DNA of 63,742 bases, filler included, from Phoronis australis (lineage: Eukaryota; Animalia; Phoronida), in NCBI GenBank assembly GCA_002633005.1. It is 8 parts of 8 records of this genome, joined end to end, with 100 filler letters (N's around TTAATTAATTAA, not from the genome) between each part and the next. Parts side by side here need not be neighbours in the genome. Positions count along the whole stretch, not along the records: positions 12,690 to 33,993 come from NMRA01001411.1; positions 34,094 to 44,329 come from NMRA01001765.1; 6 more parts are not named here. One strand, given 5' to 3'. How positions within the stretch are numbered: position 1 is the first letter of the stretch; each line of letters opens with the position of its first letter. The notes below the pieces were generated by a model. It worked only from the letters and a program-made list of their open reading frames with translations, ran no database searches and was not told the origin of the DNA. The translations under genes and the position numbers were made by a program. Below, piece by piece: positions 25,065 to 37,946 of this stretch.

Positions 25065-26226
25065 CTAAAACAAAGTAGGCAAGGAGTATGTATTACCTAT
25101 TATAGTTGTGTTGGCCCAGGGCTAAAACAAAGTAGGGAATGAATGCGTATTAGCTATAACACTGCTTTTGGAACATCTAGGGTGAGAAACAGGAACAATG
25201 CAATGAGTTGACACGTAAGCACCATGCCCATCACATACAGTGCAGATACAAGGGATGATTATAATTTGAAACATTCCCACTTACTGGAAACACCGTCACA
25301 ATATCTTACGAAAGCAAAGCAAATTAGCAATGCTCTCCTCAATGTGAACGCACCTACCACTTTTATCATGATTGTTGACACATTTTAGAGAAATGGGAAT
25401 AGGACAAAAAAGAAAAAGTAAACACAAGAGGCCACTAGTGGGCACCACGGTGCTATTATGGTGCGCAACAAGGCTATTATAGTGTAAAACAACGCTATTG
25501 TGGTTCACAGTGAAACTATTATGGTACACAATGTAGGTCAAATCCGCGTGCAACCAGGCAAGTGCTGCCACCTAAAATTTCACTAACATCCATGACGGTA
25601 CTTGAAAATAATGAAGCCGAACACAATAGAAAGATACCGAATTTTACGAAGATTAATCTGGAACATATCGTGCCACAGGCAAAAAATTGCCACTAGGAGG
25701 CACCATAGCAAAACTTATGTTTTGAAAATCATGGATTTGGCCGCAGGATTTCATGATTATGACAAAAGTAGTTAATAATTGGCAAATAGAGAGATAGACG
25801 TCAAGAAAAAGACTGATACATAAATAAATAAATATTAAATAAATAAATATTACCATTAGATTGTGCAGGAATATGTTAAGGATCTCAGAAGGAACTGAGC
25901 AATGTAAAAAATTAAAATTGCCACTAGGGGGACTCAGTGGCCGTCAGATCCATCCGAAAATTTGCTTATGCCACTCCACCCCTGATAGTACATCTGTTTT
26001 AAACTTAATGAACACACAACAAGTGGGTTTGAATATATACAGCAGCGTAAGCTGAGGAAACAGTGGACAAATGGACGGGGAGATTACGACACAAAATACC
26101 CACATATAACGCTAATATATGTGCACACATAATAAAAACCACAATAGGCTATTCTAGGCTGGTTTAAGTGCCATTGAATTGACGAAGAAGTTCGTGCTAC
26201 AGACAAATTGAAGCAAATCCAAAACC

Positions 26227-26495
26227 AGGGCTCAGCTGCATAAAAGTTATACGCCATATAGCAACAATGAAGTCGCATATTCACGCGTCACATTGTCATT
26301 GTTGGACAATGCACCCAACGTCATGCAATAATCAAACTTATCCAGCTGGGCTCAGTTGCATAAAAGTTATACGCCATATAGCAACAATGATGTCGCATTA
26401 TCACGTGTCACGTTGTTATTGTTAAACAATGAACCTGACGTCGTGCAACAATCAAACTTATAATTATGTTTTTAAGCTTTATGCAACTCAGCCCA
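26227..26495. mobile_element. Second copy of the same MITE, left ~118 bp tandemly duplicated
   Basis: GGGCTCAGyTGCATAAAAGTTATACGCC at ~26228 and ~26348; single right TIR. Confidence 0.78.
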
Positions 26496-27120
26496 GTTGT
26501 GTACAAATATACCGTACTTGTACGAGTTAAATAAGGAATCACAAAATCAGAGGGTGGGCTTTGAGCAGAGGGTGAGCCTTCAGCTATGAGTGCTTACCCA
26601 ATATCAAAACAATTTGCTGAGACAAAGTGATTGACTTCCATCATTTTCCAGTACACACAAGCATGATCATAATATTAAAAATGAGCATGAACCGAAAAGA
26701 ACCATTTCACATCACGGTGTTTTTCCAGCATGAACATGGCGAAGGTTGGTACATTTTGAGAGCTGAAGCTTTCACGAGATGGTTGTTCACAGACAAATCA
26801 GTTTTAAAGAAAAATCAAATTAGGGAATTAAAAGAGAAAACTTGAAAGCTTTGGGAGTGAGATTTCAATCGAACATGGGCGTTATTACATAATAGCCCGC
26901 AGNTATTGCAAGTCATTTTGTTACTACCATGTGTTGTAATATCACTCAACTTTTACAGAACACAATATCTGCAGTATCAAGGGTCCACCTACTGAACTGA
27001 CAAAAGCATAATTACGAGCACAACAGAGTGAGGTTGTTACAACAAAATTTGTAAAAATTCAAACAAAAATAATAACGTCAAAATTTCCAAAAGCTGACTG
27101 TATTGTTGGTAATGCCCAAA

Positions 27121-27303
27121 AGTTCATCATGTGTTGACAACAGCAGTACTGGGTCAATAACGAGGGAGTTCATCATGTGTTGACAACAGCAGTGCAGGGT
27201 CAATAATGAGGGAGTTCATCATGTGTTGACGACAGCAGTGCTGGGTCAATAACGAGGGAGTTCATCATGTGTTGACAACAGCAGTGCAGGGTCAATAACG
27301 AGG
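27121..27303. repeat. 46-bp minisatellite x4
   Basis: AGTTCATCATGTGTTGACAACAGCAGT..GGGTCAATAACGAGG. Confidence 0.93.
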
Positions 27304-27605
27304 ACATTGTTTGAAAATTCAAAATTTCACTACCCTGCCATTTTGTGTTGTCAAACGAAGAAACTACGTTTATAGCACTTTTAAAAATCGTCGAAGATTG
27401 TGTACTTTCACAAACAGGATCAGTATTGACTAAGGCCTGTGTAGATAATTAGGTAATTTGCAGGTGGGAAAATTATGTCTGACCTTCAACCAAACTTTCT
27501 TCTTACCTCATATTATCCTTTTTGGAAAAAAATAAAAGCCGTCAAACATTAAGTGCGTGATACTCTATTCAAAATTCCTGTTTTATGTTATCCTCTCGTT
27601 CTTAC

Positions 27606-27828
27606 CGTCTACGGCAGAAGAAAACTGCAACAGCAGCAATGGCCACCAGGAGGATAAATGCGAGGACACCAACACCAGCACCAACACCAGTTAACATGGC
27701 GGAGATGGTGGCGTCCACGGCCTGACGGTCAAACACGCAATCGTAGTACGCCACGTGATTAACACATAAGTGGTAGTTCGGACAAGGGTTGGACGTGCAC
27801 TCGTCGATTTCGATTTCACAGTCTTTAC
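27606..27828 (-). CDS. Same gene, Ca-binding EGF-like module and transmembrane helix
   Basis: GKDCEIEIDECTSNPCPNYHLCVNHVAYYDC..GVGVLAFILLVAIAAVAVFFCRR. Confidence 0.9.
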
Positions 27829-28744
27829 CTGGAGTGATAAATGTCACCACGCTCATGTAATACTGTCAAAAGTCACCTAACCTATATTTTTGCACATTCT
27901 TTTCAAGTCTTATGAGTTATATAAGTAGAGCATAAATATCTTGACAGTCAGGTGGTTCAAAGTACTTTGCATCATTTTCTTTAATTCCTGACAACAAAAC
28001 TGTTTTGCTTGTCTGCAGCCATCAGTTTTTACTTTGTAAAGCTCAGTCTGTTCAGCACCACAGACAGTACTGCCATGACATCTTCAAAGATACTCTTAAA
28101 ACTTCCATGAGATAAAAATCTTTGTCAAAAGGAATTTAATAATAAACCAAGCGTGCAAGTCTTTTTCCCAAATGATACTCATAACAAACAGAATTTTCAA
28201 AAGTGTTAACTTGAATATTTCAAATCCTTGTGGTTCATCTAAAAATGGCCACCACAGTGGTATGGCAGCATTTAACTTCACTTCCTCATAACTATGAGCT
28301 GAGAACAATTTGACAATAAAAATGCAAATTAATACAATTAGTTGGTTTTACCGAAATGTTAATTACTATAAATCTTCTTTCAGTGATATCTTTTCATTGA
28401 TGAAACTCATTCCATAGTAAACCAAAAAAAATAACTTGACAGAATTCCGTGTCACCATTGCTGCTACTTGAAGGTGGATTGCATTATTTAATTTTGTACT
28501 TGACCATCAGGATGGGTAAAGCTGCCTGTTGGACAATTCAACACCAATCACACCAGTATTGGTGCACAGTGTATGTTCTCCACTTTCAGACCAGTATTGG
28601 TGCACAGTGTATGTTCTCCACTTTCAGTGAAAGCAAAACTTAGATAACTACTACACTCAAGGTATTGCATCAATCAATACAGCATTAAAGAATAATTTAT
28701 GTTTTGAACATCATATAACCCCCGTAATAGAGAGCCCCACTTAC

Positions 28745-29269
28745 CTGTGTAACCTAATTCACACTTGCAGGAATACCCCATATTATGGAAGCCATATGCA
28801 CGATCTTTGGTTGTACAGAAAGGATCCCCAGTGCTTGGAGGGCAGTAGCCTTTAACACAGGTAGCGTAGTGCTCTGTGCAGTTTCCAAAGTCACAGTTGG
28901 AGCAGTTGCTGCGGACACAGTCAGTGCAGTTGCCAGGGTAACAGTCGCCACACGTTCCCAGTGTACAGTTGTGGCAGCCAAGAACAGTGCATTGGCTGGG
29001 ACAACTGGCGTTCAAGCTGGCGTTGAAACACGGTGCACATTCTGGTAACACCGTGCAGTTGGTATGGCAAGTTCCTGGACTACATCCAGTACAGTTACCA
29101 AAGTCACAGTTGGCAGAACAGTTACCCCTTACACAGGAGGCTGAGCAGTTGCCAGGGTTGCATGAAAGACTGCAATTGCCTTGGACACAGGGAGGCTTGA
29201 CTATTGGTGGACCACTACAGTTGCCATGGACACAAGGGTTGTCACGAACATAGACATTTAAGTAAATAC
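28745..29269 (-). CDS. Same gene, EGF-like module expanded by Cys-rich CxxGNC repeats
   Basis: 525-nt open exon from NPCVHGNC to YSCKCELGYTG; phase-1 boundaries. Confidence 0.88.
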
Positions 29270-29932
29270 CTAAAAAAAGAGACGCAAATTAGAAGTGACA
29301 AATTATATTTCAATTACGTGTGGCATTAGCTGCTCTAAAATTTAGAGATATGTTCTTTGATGGATGTTCACAATATTTGGCAAATGAATTTCATTCCATT
29401 TAAATCCCTAAGTGGCGTTTTTACTTCATATATTGCATGATGCTAATTTAAGAAACGCCCTTAGAAGCATGGCTTTTACATTGCTCATTTAATAAATTAT
29501 TTTCATTTCTATTGTGCAGTTTCACATTACTTATCCACTTCGGTACTTTTCAAATAGTTGACAGATTCACTCAAAATTTTTGTTCGGCTGTTTCCAAAAG
29601 TAACCATCTATTTTTGGTTCAAAATCATCTCCGACCTGGTGCTTACATATCTAAAGGACAGTAAAGGGTCACCAAACCCTCAGTGAAGCACACCATACAA
29701 CAGCCATTTGCAGACAACCAGCCAATACAAATATGTGAGAACATTTACTACATTATAGGTTTCTCCACTCAAAATGAACCCAACATGGCTTACCAGTCAA
29801 CAGACGAATCAAGTATATTCCTGGCTCCTTTGGTAATAAAGATCCCTGGGTTTTCAGTTCCAAAAGGGATTTTTATTTAATATTATTAAATGAGACCACA
29901 GTATTGTAGATTATGCTAGTGTTTGCACTCAC

Positions 29933-30236
29933 CTCCTGAGAAGACACCGTCCTGATCTTTCGCCATCAAACCCATGGTAAGGTTGCCATAGTAACCCTTC
30001 GGGAAGTTGACCTTGACCTGGATGGCGTACCATGTGGTCACGTACGACATGGTGAACGGGACCACGATATGTTTTTTGATGCTCTCGAAGTCTTTCACTT
30101 CTTTAGTCTCCAGTTTGAACTGTGTCTCGTTGAGGCCAGTCTCATCGATTGTGATAGTGAATGTGTTGAGTGCGTCAACATCGTAGACTAGCACCGTGCC
30201 AAAGGTGACGGACGTCACCACATTCTCCACAACAAC
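29933..30236 (-). CDS. Same gene, cadherin-like module exon
   Basis: VVVEN..LVYDVD..GYYGNLTMGLMAKDQDGVFS; phases consistent with neighbours. Confidence 0.82.
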
Positions 30237-30443
30237 CTGCAAGTGGACGAGGAAACCAGGTTTCTCTACTGAATAACAGGCGTCATACAACTCCTCAACA
30301 TTTTCTGGTAGATGTAGATAACTATTTAATCCTTGAGGCACAGTAGGTCATTTGACCTCACTTGAACTCTGAAGAATGCTGGGCCGAAAACTAAAATGTG
30401 GATACTGGGTCTAATTTCTTTACCATCATTATAACCATAGGCG

Positions 30444-30503
30444 CAGTTTGAGGTCAGCAGTTTGAGGTCAGCAGTTTGAGGTCAGCAGTTTGAGGTCAGC
30501 AGT
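30444..30503. repeat. 14-bp tandem repeat x4
   Basis: CAGTTTGAGGTCAG. Confidence 0.9.
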
Positions 30504-30752
30504 TAATAGTTGGCAGTATCAGTATACAAAATAATTTTTGCTTCCCGAATTTTTCATATTTAAACAAAAACTTAATTAAGGTAATATTCCATAGCTTGTT
30601 CAAATAGAAAATTTTTATTATTACATTTTGTAAAACAAAGATTCATACACTTATAGAATATGACATCTGAGTGTATATTTGATAAATCATATGTTTTGAG
30701 AAAAAATAGAATTCCCCCATTTCTCGCCATGTTTATTATGACCACAACTTTG

Positions 30753-30879
30753 CAATACACAGAGGATTTTCCTGTCAACAATACAGAGGATGTTCCTGTC
30801 AACAATACAGAGGATGTTCCTGTCAACAATACAGAGGATGTTCCTGTCAACAATACAGAGGATGTTCCTGTCAACAATG
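30753..30879. repeat. 24-bp minisatellite x5
   Basis: CAATACAGAGGATGTTCCTGTCAA. Confidence 0.93.
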
Positions 30880-30898
30880 TCGTCTGCTGTTGACTCAC

Positions 30899-31041
30899 GT
30901 CATATTTAGAGTCCTTCCCGCCTTCTGTCGTATAATTGAAGTGTTCGGCAAAGTCATGCGGTGCAAAGTAGAGGATTGGTTCATCGTTGTCATTGGTCAG
31001 TTGTATGGATATGTTGGTGTGGACCACGTTAGGTACAATGT
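30899..31041 (-). CDS. Same gene, cadherin-like linker exon
   Basis: DIVPNVVHTNISIQLTNDNDEPILYF; DxNDxP-like motif; GTGAGT donor. Confidence 0.8.
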
Positions 31042-31964
31042 CTGCAAACACCATGACAACAAACACCATGACAACAATAAAAACATTGACAATACACAGG
31101 GATTAACAATCATACAAACAAGATTGAGAGCTGGTATTTGAGTATGACCTTTTACATTGACCATGTACAACAATTTTTCAAATTTTCCCTGGAAATAAAT
31201 AATATTTTTCGTTATGTCTGCATTTTGAGCTTTATAACATGTTCTATTTTGCTTTATCATGTTTTCAATATTTCATAGAACAGTTTTAAACAGAGTCATT
31301 TCTACTAACATTTTAAAAATTGTGACAGCACTTGTCAATAATGCCATTGACTGATTGGCAGATAACACAAGAAAAATACAGACAGCCCTTACCACCCCAA
31401 AACAATTGCATTATAAAGTGTTCATTATTTAATAACTTTTAATACAAACAACACATGAACTTGTTAATATTAAAAACAGCTTCTACCCACCCCAAACCTG
31501 GGGTTATTTGTCACTTCAGAACAAGATACAAATAACTTGTTCTACACTCTATTTAAATCTTATACTCAGGAACTAGTGAAGTTAATGCTGGATTTTACCG
31601 TGACAGTATTCCAAGAATGTGTCCTCAAACGCCGTTATTGCTTGAGGAAATGATCAAGGACACGATTCTACATCGTGAGATGATGTTTACTCTGGTAGTT
31701 TTGTCAAAAATCCATCATTCCAAGTTATGCTTTACAGCTGATAACCACAAATGTGTGTATCTAATTCCACTTGCCAATATGTGAAGCTGCGCCTATATGC
31801 AAATGCACCTAAGTATAAATATAATTATGAAACACCTGAGAAAAAACAATAAGCAAAACTTGACAAATCCGTCTAGCTGAAAAGTGGCGAGGCAGCATTA
31901 GTATTACTTTTTTTATGATTCCTCTTGAGACTCAATTTCTTCAAATTATTGCCAGGTAGCTTAC

Positions 31965-32178
31965 CATCTGGCAAGTTGATCTCAGTCAGTGTTACGTTGA
32001 TTATGTCATTGGAAGCAAAGTCCTTGTACGGAGTGTAGTGAATAGTGCAGCAGCCTGAAACTGAAGCCTTGCCATGTGGTGGCTGGTTGGTGATGTTGAC
32101 CTGGATACGGTCCCCCTCGGTGTCATCGTAGAGCAGTGTGAATGTGGCAGGGAAGTCTTCGAACACTTTGAACGGGTT
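31965..32178 (-). CDS. Same gene, cadherin/Ig-like (Big_9-type) module exon
   Basis: NPFKVFED..DDTEGD..QPPHGKASV..IHYTPYKDFASND; AG/GT boundaries. Confidence 0.82.
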
Positions 32179-33194
32179 CTGTAGGAGTAACCGAGTGAGT
32201 GATACAGAGTGACTCTCCAGAAACAAGACCAAAACTTTTGCTATTTTTTCGAACAGACGCAAAATTGCAGACGCCAAATTTTATGGATGTTGAGCTCAGG
32301 CTGATGTTGAGCATTTGCAGAGCTTACGTTAGTGGAGGGGTCCCAGTGATTTTCCTGACAGTACTCTACACGTACGTATTTAGCCTGATGAAGCACCAGG
32401 GGGCGTAAAATAATGTATACAAACGGCCAAGTTAAATTCAGACAAAATTACAATTCCAAGCACTTTTATTGTGGTGCTGGAAATTTCTGGCATCACATCA
32501 AAGCACAGCTTGATGCACCGTTCCAAATCAAGTCAAATGCACTGATTTACGCTTTAAACTCTAAATTGTCACACTTCTGAAAAAACGCAAACAAGGTCAA
32601 GTAGGAAAATACTCTTAGCAGAAGTTTGGGGCCTGTTTTGAGAAAATAACTCTGTATATTAAAATAGTCATGAGTTCAATTCACATTGTAAAGCAATCAA
32701 TGTAAAAAATGACTCCAGAAAAAAGTTTTCAATTAGTGACAGAAATCCTACTTTGCTCAAGGCCAGAGCTTGTCATATTTTGGAAATATGGAATATAATG
32801 CCAGTCCCATATTCAAGAAACACCAGGAAGACCACAACATTTAACATGTCCGCAGCCAAAAGAAAATGCAAGATTTTTCAAGTTAGGGAGAGTGGAACAT
32901 TTCATTTTTCTCTCAAGGTACTTGCATGAAATTTTAGAAATGTTCAACTGCTAAATGGTACACAGTGTGGAGATGCGTAAAAACACATATATTTGTCCAA
33001 AATGTTCTCACATGCAATGTCTGAATAATTCCACAGATGGCAGTTACGCACAATTAGACGAGTTAATCATGGGTGAAAGGGAAGATGGTTTGAAGGAGTC
33101 TGCACCGTTACACTAGCAAGTAAAATTTTGTTAAAATTTTCAACAATTAATCTAGATAGGCTATTTATAACAGCTAAAAAGCAATTTCTTCTAC

Positions 33195-33350
33195 CTGTGC
33201 ATTCGTCAAGTATGGTTTAGCATTGAATGGTTGGCGCTTCACATTTCCTTGAGTTAGCTGAGTTGGGTCAAGGTTTCCAGCAGGAGCACTTCTCTTGCGG
33301 CGAGTTGACGATGATGAACTACTGTTTACCTGTGTCCAAGTTGAACAGAT
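33195..33350 (-). CDS. Single-pass receptor/adhesion gene, exon with furin-type site
   Basis: ICSTWTQVNSSSSSTRRKRSAPAG..NAKPYLTNAQ; 156 nt, phase 0 into next exon. Confidence 0.72.
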
Positions 33351-33876
33351 CTATAACAGAAAGTGTGAGCTCAGGTACTAGAAGCTTACAAGTATCAGTA
33401 TCAAATGATAAATTTTACGAAACTAATAGAAGACCTAATTCAAGCTACAGAGGTTAAATAAAGAAAACAAAATTGTCACTAGGGGGCCTGTCCGAAAATT
33501 GGCCCTAGTCGTCTCATCTCCTGCAAAAATTCACGAACATACATCAAAAGGTTTTGGAAATAGAACAAAGCAGACACCAGACATATGAACCATGATGGTG
33601 GCATAATGCGCCCAAATAGAAATATGTGAGCGCACAAAAAAGCCAACATATAACATATTCTACAATAAAATCTATCATAATGTTTGGACTGGAGCGTTTT
33701 TGGGACAAGAATAATAGCAACAACAATTATTCACAATATCTTTTTTGGAGGTCCACAAAATGTTTACAAAGTCCAAAAGCATTTTTCCACAATCAGAAAA
33801 ATTTGGATAATATCATCTGATTTCTGTCCTGTCATGTTTGTCCATAACAAATGTGCAGTGCATATTCTTGAAACAG

Positions 33877-33993
33877 CTAACATACTGTTATGCGTCTAAC
33901 ATACTGTTATGCGTCTAACATACTGTTATGCGTCTAACATACTGTTATGCGTCTAACATACTGTTATGCGTCTAACATACTGTTATGCGTCTA
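33877..33993. repeat. 19-bp minisatellite running into contig end
   Basis: CTAACATACTGTTATGCGT x6. Confidence 0.93.
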
Positions 33994-35029
33994 NNNNNNN
34001 NNNNNNNNNNNNNNNNNNNNNNNNNNNNNNNNNNNNNTTAATTAATTAANNNNNNNNNNNNNNNNNNNNNNNNNNNNNNNNNNNNNNNNNNNNATTGGTA
34101 ATCCTTCTTCAAGGAACTGTGTTTAGTTGGCAGTTGTACTCCAGACTGCCTATTTTCCTTGTTGTGGTGATACCAAAATCACAGCTTCACCATTAAGCTA
34201 CCTCAGAAAAGAGACCTGTAGCAAATTACAAAGAATTATGGCTTCCATGTCACCATATTTCTATTGAGCTCGAATAATGTACCTGCATGATATTTTATAC
34301 CTGCCTTTCCTTTGGTTATGTTCCAGCTTGTTCAAGTATTTATTGCTCTGTGATAGTATGGTTTATTGGTACCTGTCTGATATGGAAAGCCAAAGCGGAA
34401 AAAAATGCAGGACACATGTTTTGTATTCAAGAATTAAAATTTGCAGGACCAACAAACAACTCAAATTTTGGTCTTGAGTTTCTTGGTCTTGAGTTTTTTG
34501 ATCTTGCATAATGTTGTGGATTGTTGTTGATTATTGGATGAGTGAAAATTCTAGTTTTGAGGATTTTCTTGGTCCTGCAGAGCAAAAATGTTTTGGTCTG
34601 TTTTGCAATTTTGCATAAAAATTATACTTATCCTGGAATTTTTTCCGCTTTATGGCTTTCCATAGTCTGAAGACTTTGTTAAAATACCATAATTTAATTT
34701 AGGTCCTACAATTTCCGATATGAAGTTTTTCTTGCTCATTTTTATAGATCATTAGATAAAAAGTTTGCAGATATCTTTGGCAGCTAGGATTGTTGCCACC
34801 CAGGGTGGACAGTACAGTGATCCGCACCTAGTTCGATGGGTGCTTCCTTTAAGTTAAGAAACAGTCATATTGGGTTGACGAGTGGCTGATATAAGCTTTC
34901 ATGTTTGCATGAGAATGTATGTTTATGGAGAGTGCACCATACGTGAGAATGTAACTTTCATGAGGATGTGTCATACATAAGAATATATCAAAGACGAGGG
35001 TGCTCCCTGCAGGAGAGTGTGTGCCCTGC

Positions 35030-35210
35030 ACTAGAGCATGCCGTTCATAAAGCCATGCCATGTACTAGAACATGCTGTTCATAAAGCCATGCCATGTACT
35101 AGAACATGCCGTTCATAAAGCCATGCCATGTACTAGAGCATGCTGTTCATAAAGCCATGCCATGTACTAGAACATGCTGTTCATAAAGCCATGCCATGTA
35201 CTAGAACATG
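35030..35210. repeat. 34-bp minisatellite x5
   Basis: ACTAGAACATGCTGTTCATAAAGCCATGCCATGT. Confidence 0.93.
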
Positions 35211-37704
35211 TCGTACATGGAAGTGTACGGTTCATGAAAGTGTACCCTTCATGAGATAGTTCCGTACGTGAAAATGTACCTTTAATGGAAATGTACCCTT
35301 CATGAGAGTTATTGTGAGTGAGAGTGTAACGTACATGACAGTTTACCTCTGTGAGACATTTATTTCCTCGTTAGGTCTAACTCATCATATGAAGCTTGTT
35401 GCTTGTGATAATCTGCTAATCCAGTAGGTCAATCATGGCAAGGATTATTAAGAAATGATAAAATGTGGAAGGGAAAAGATGACTTTCAACGAGGGTTTGG
35501 ATGATTGATTGTACCTGAAGGTGCTGAGAAAAGCTATGGTATTCAATACACTGGGCCCCTTGGTGTCCATATGAGATTCCATTTCCAAGTTTTCATTTGA
35601 TTTTAAAAAGTAACATGACACTGAAAACGGCCAGAACTTGGCAAAGGTCAGCGAAGGACAAAGGTTATTTTTAGCATTTATTTACCTTTGCCTATCCCTA
35701 AAGTGTTTTATTGTTTTATCAACTGGGTTAAGTTGGCATTTTCCATCAAGTTCATCCTGTATGAAAATTATAAGTCAAATGTAAGGCATCATTCATCCAT
35801 CTCTGACCTCTCCTTAATAATTTTTGTAGTTTGATTTGATAAATGAAACTGGAGTACTTAGTTTACATTCCTTAATTGCTCAAAGGGTACAGTGCAGAAA
35901 CATTGAAGGCAAAGTTCATCATTTGTGATAACCCCAACAGGTTGAATTACCTGTTCAACAAGGTGGGATAGGTGTACAGAAATGTGACTATGAACTGGTG
36001 AGGAATGGTTGATTATAGTGTAAAGCAATTCTGCCTATGCAATATCAACTCTAACTGTAGATTATGATATTTTTAAATGGAATGTTTGTGTTTGTTATGG
36101 TAGTCAAGTGACTGCAAGTGGAGGCAGCTCCCCCTAATGCTGCCTATGCAAAATCAAGACTGTAGCTTGTATGCTCATGATTCTCATACTAAGACAGGCA
36201 CCATGGTTGCTGCTTTTTTCTGTGCATCAACAACTGACGGAAGATATTTCACAGGTATTGAAAATCATTTAGACTATCCAGTCTGTCATTTGAGAGGATG
36301 TTGTTCTGTCATATCGTCCAACTTGTTCTTTCTTTTTATATACTCAAGGCTAAGTCACCTTTAAATGTCAATTACTATTTGTCAGTAGGTAAAACTACTT
36401 ATCTGCAGATCGTGTTACTGCAACTGTTAACCTTCCTAAACTGTTCGAGGCGAGCAGCTGTGGCCAACATGCACATGGTTTTACTTGTACTCTGAGTAAA
36501 ACTGTTTCGATGCAAATTGGGTTCATTATGTACCAAGCGCTTTTGGGCGGGTGTATAATGGGGTGTTGGTACACCTCTGGAGCGCTACTGCTGTTGTTGG
36601 TAGTGACGGAGAACTGGACGGTAAGCACTGGAGTGTGGAGTTGATTAGAGGAATTTTCGATTTAAGGTTTTCTTCTGAAGTTGGGAATGGAGATACATCT
36701 TGTTAAGGGTATTCAAGGTCTGCCATCCGTTTACTCGATTCCACTAAACTGTTATCATATAATTTGAAAAATCTTAAATGAACCTTCTTTTATTGGCTCG
36801 TCAACTTCACTGTTTCGTCAATTGACTCCTGTTCTTGAAGTCTCTGTTTCTTCACCTTTTTGTCATTGATGTTTCTTGGTGATGGTTGTCATGATGAAGT
36901 TGACGATGGCAGAAATGATGATGCTGTTGTTTTCAGCGTCATTATTGGTGTCATCGTTAGTGACCTCATGAATATTATGGCTATCTTGTGGCAAGATCAT
37001 TGCATTTGTGTTGCTGTTGCTGGCATTGTCGTTTTTGGCTGTGATTTCATGGCAATGATGTCATCAATATTTTCAGCTTTACAGTCATTATTGGCCATCA
37101 CTGTTTTTTACCGGTGTTGAAGGAGGCAGTGTCTTTATCAGTATCGTTGTTGTTTCCAGCGGCATTCTCGGTGTATATTACACTATCAACGGTAATGCTG
37201 TGCTCGTCCAGGTCATCCTCTGTATTACCGTTGGTGCTGTAGGCATTTACCATCTTCAGTATCTTCATGCTTCCCTTTTCAGTCGATATTGTCAAATGTT
37301 GCTCTGCTGAGCCCTTTCATTTGTTGATTCTGTAGTTTGAGTCTTGTGACTAATTTTAAAACGGAATAAACACCAGTTGTTGAAAACCAACTTGATTTTG
37401 GCCATTTATTGTAAGAAAGACAGTCTTATCTTGTTCCATATTTGATTAAGAAATTAATTCTAGGTTTGTGTAGCAGAAGGTAGAGGCTGTTATAATGTAG
37501 ATGTAGGAGAACGCACGAGGTCCGTTTTGGCGAGAGTTAAAGTGTTGGTCCACTTAATGTAGTAAGAGTTGTAGTTATAGCTTTTTGCAAGTCCTTGCAG
37601 TCATTGGTAAAGTATTAATAGTAACTTGTTGCAAACAGTGTACAGATACTGTCTGCTAGAATCAATAGTAACTTGTTGCAAATAATGTGTACAGATACTG
37701 CCTA

Positions 37705-37946
37705 CTACCGTAAACCTCCGGGTTAGCGCCCTGGGCAGTTTAATTGGCAAACCCAAAATTTCGAGGGTGGGCTGTTAATCAGACATGGGCGCTTAACCAA
37801 GAGCAGGGCGCTTACCGGGTATATGGAAATCTTCAAAAATCCCAGAGGGGCGCTTAAACAAGTGTGGGGGCTCATAACTCGCACATCCATCTAGTTGGGG
37901 GTGGGCTGTTCAGTGAACATAGGCGTTAACTGAAATGTTTACAGTA
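37705..37946. mobile_element. Tc1/mariner-pogo-like MITE
   Basis: TA-CCGTAAAC ... GTTTACAG-TA termini, internal GGGCGCTTA repeats. Confidence 0.6.

Noticed and set aside
27121-27303. Regular repeats as a CRISPR array (also 35030-35210, 60105-60478)
   Set aside because: Head-to-tail units with no unique spacers, no cas genes, eukaryotic context
30572-30898. In-frame read-through giving (LLTGTSSV)n
   Set aside because: Lies after a strong GTGAGT donor; intronic 24-bp minisatellite
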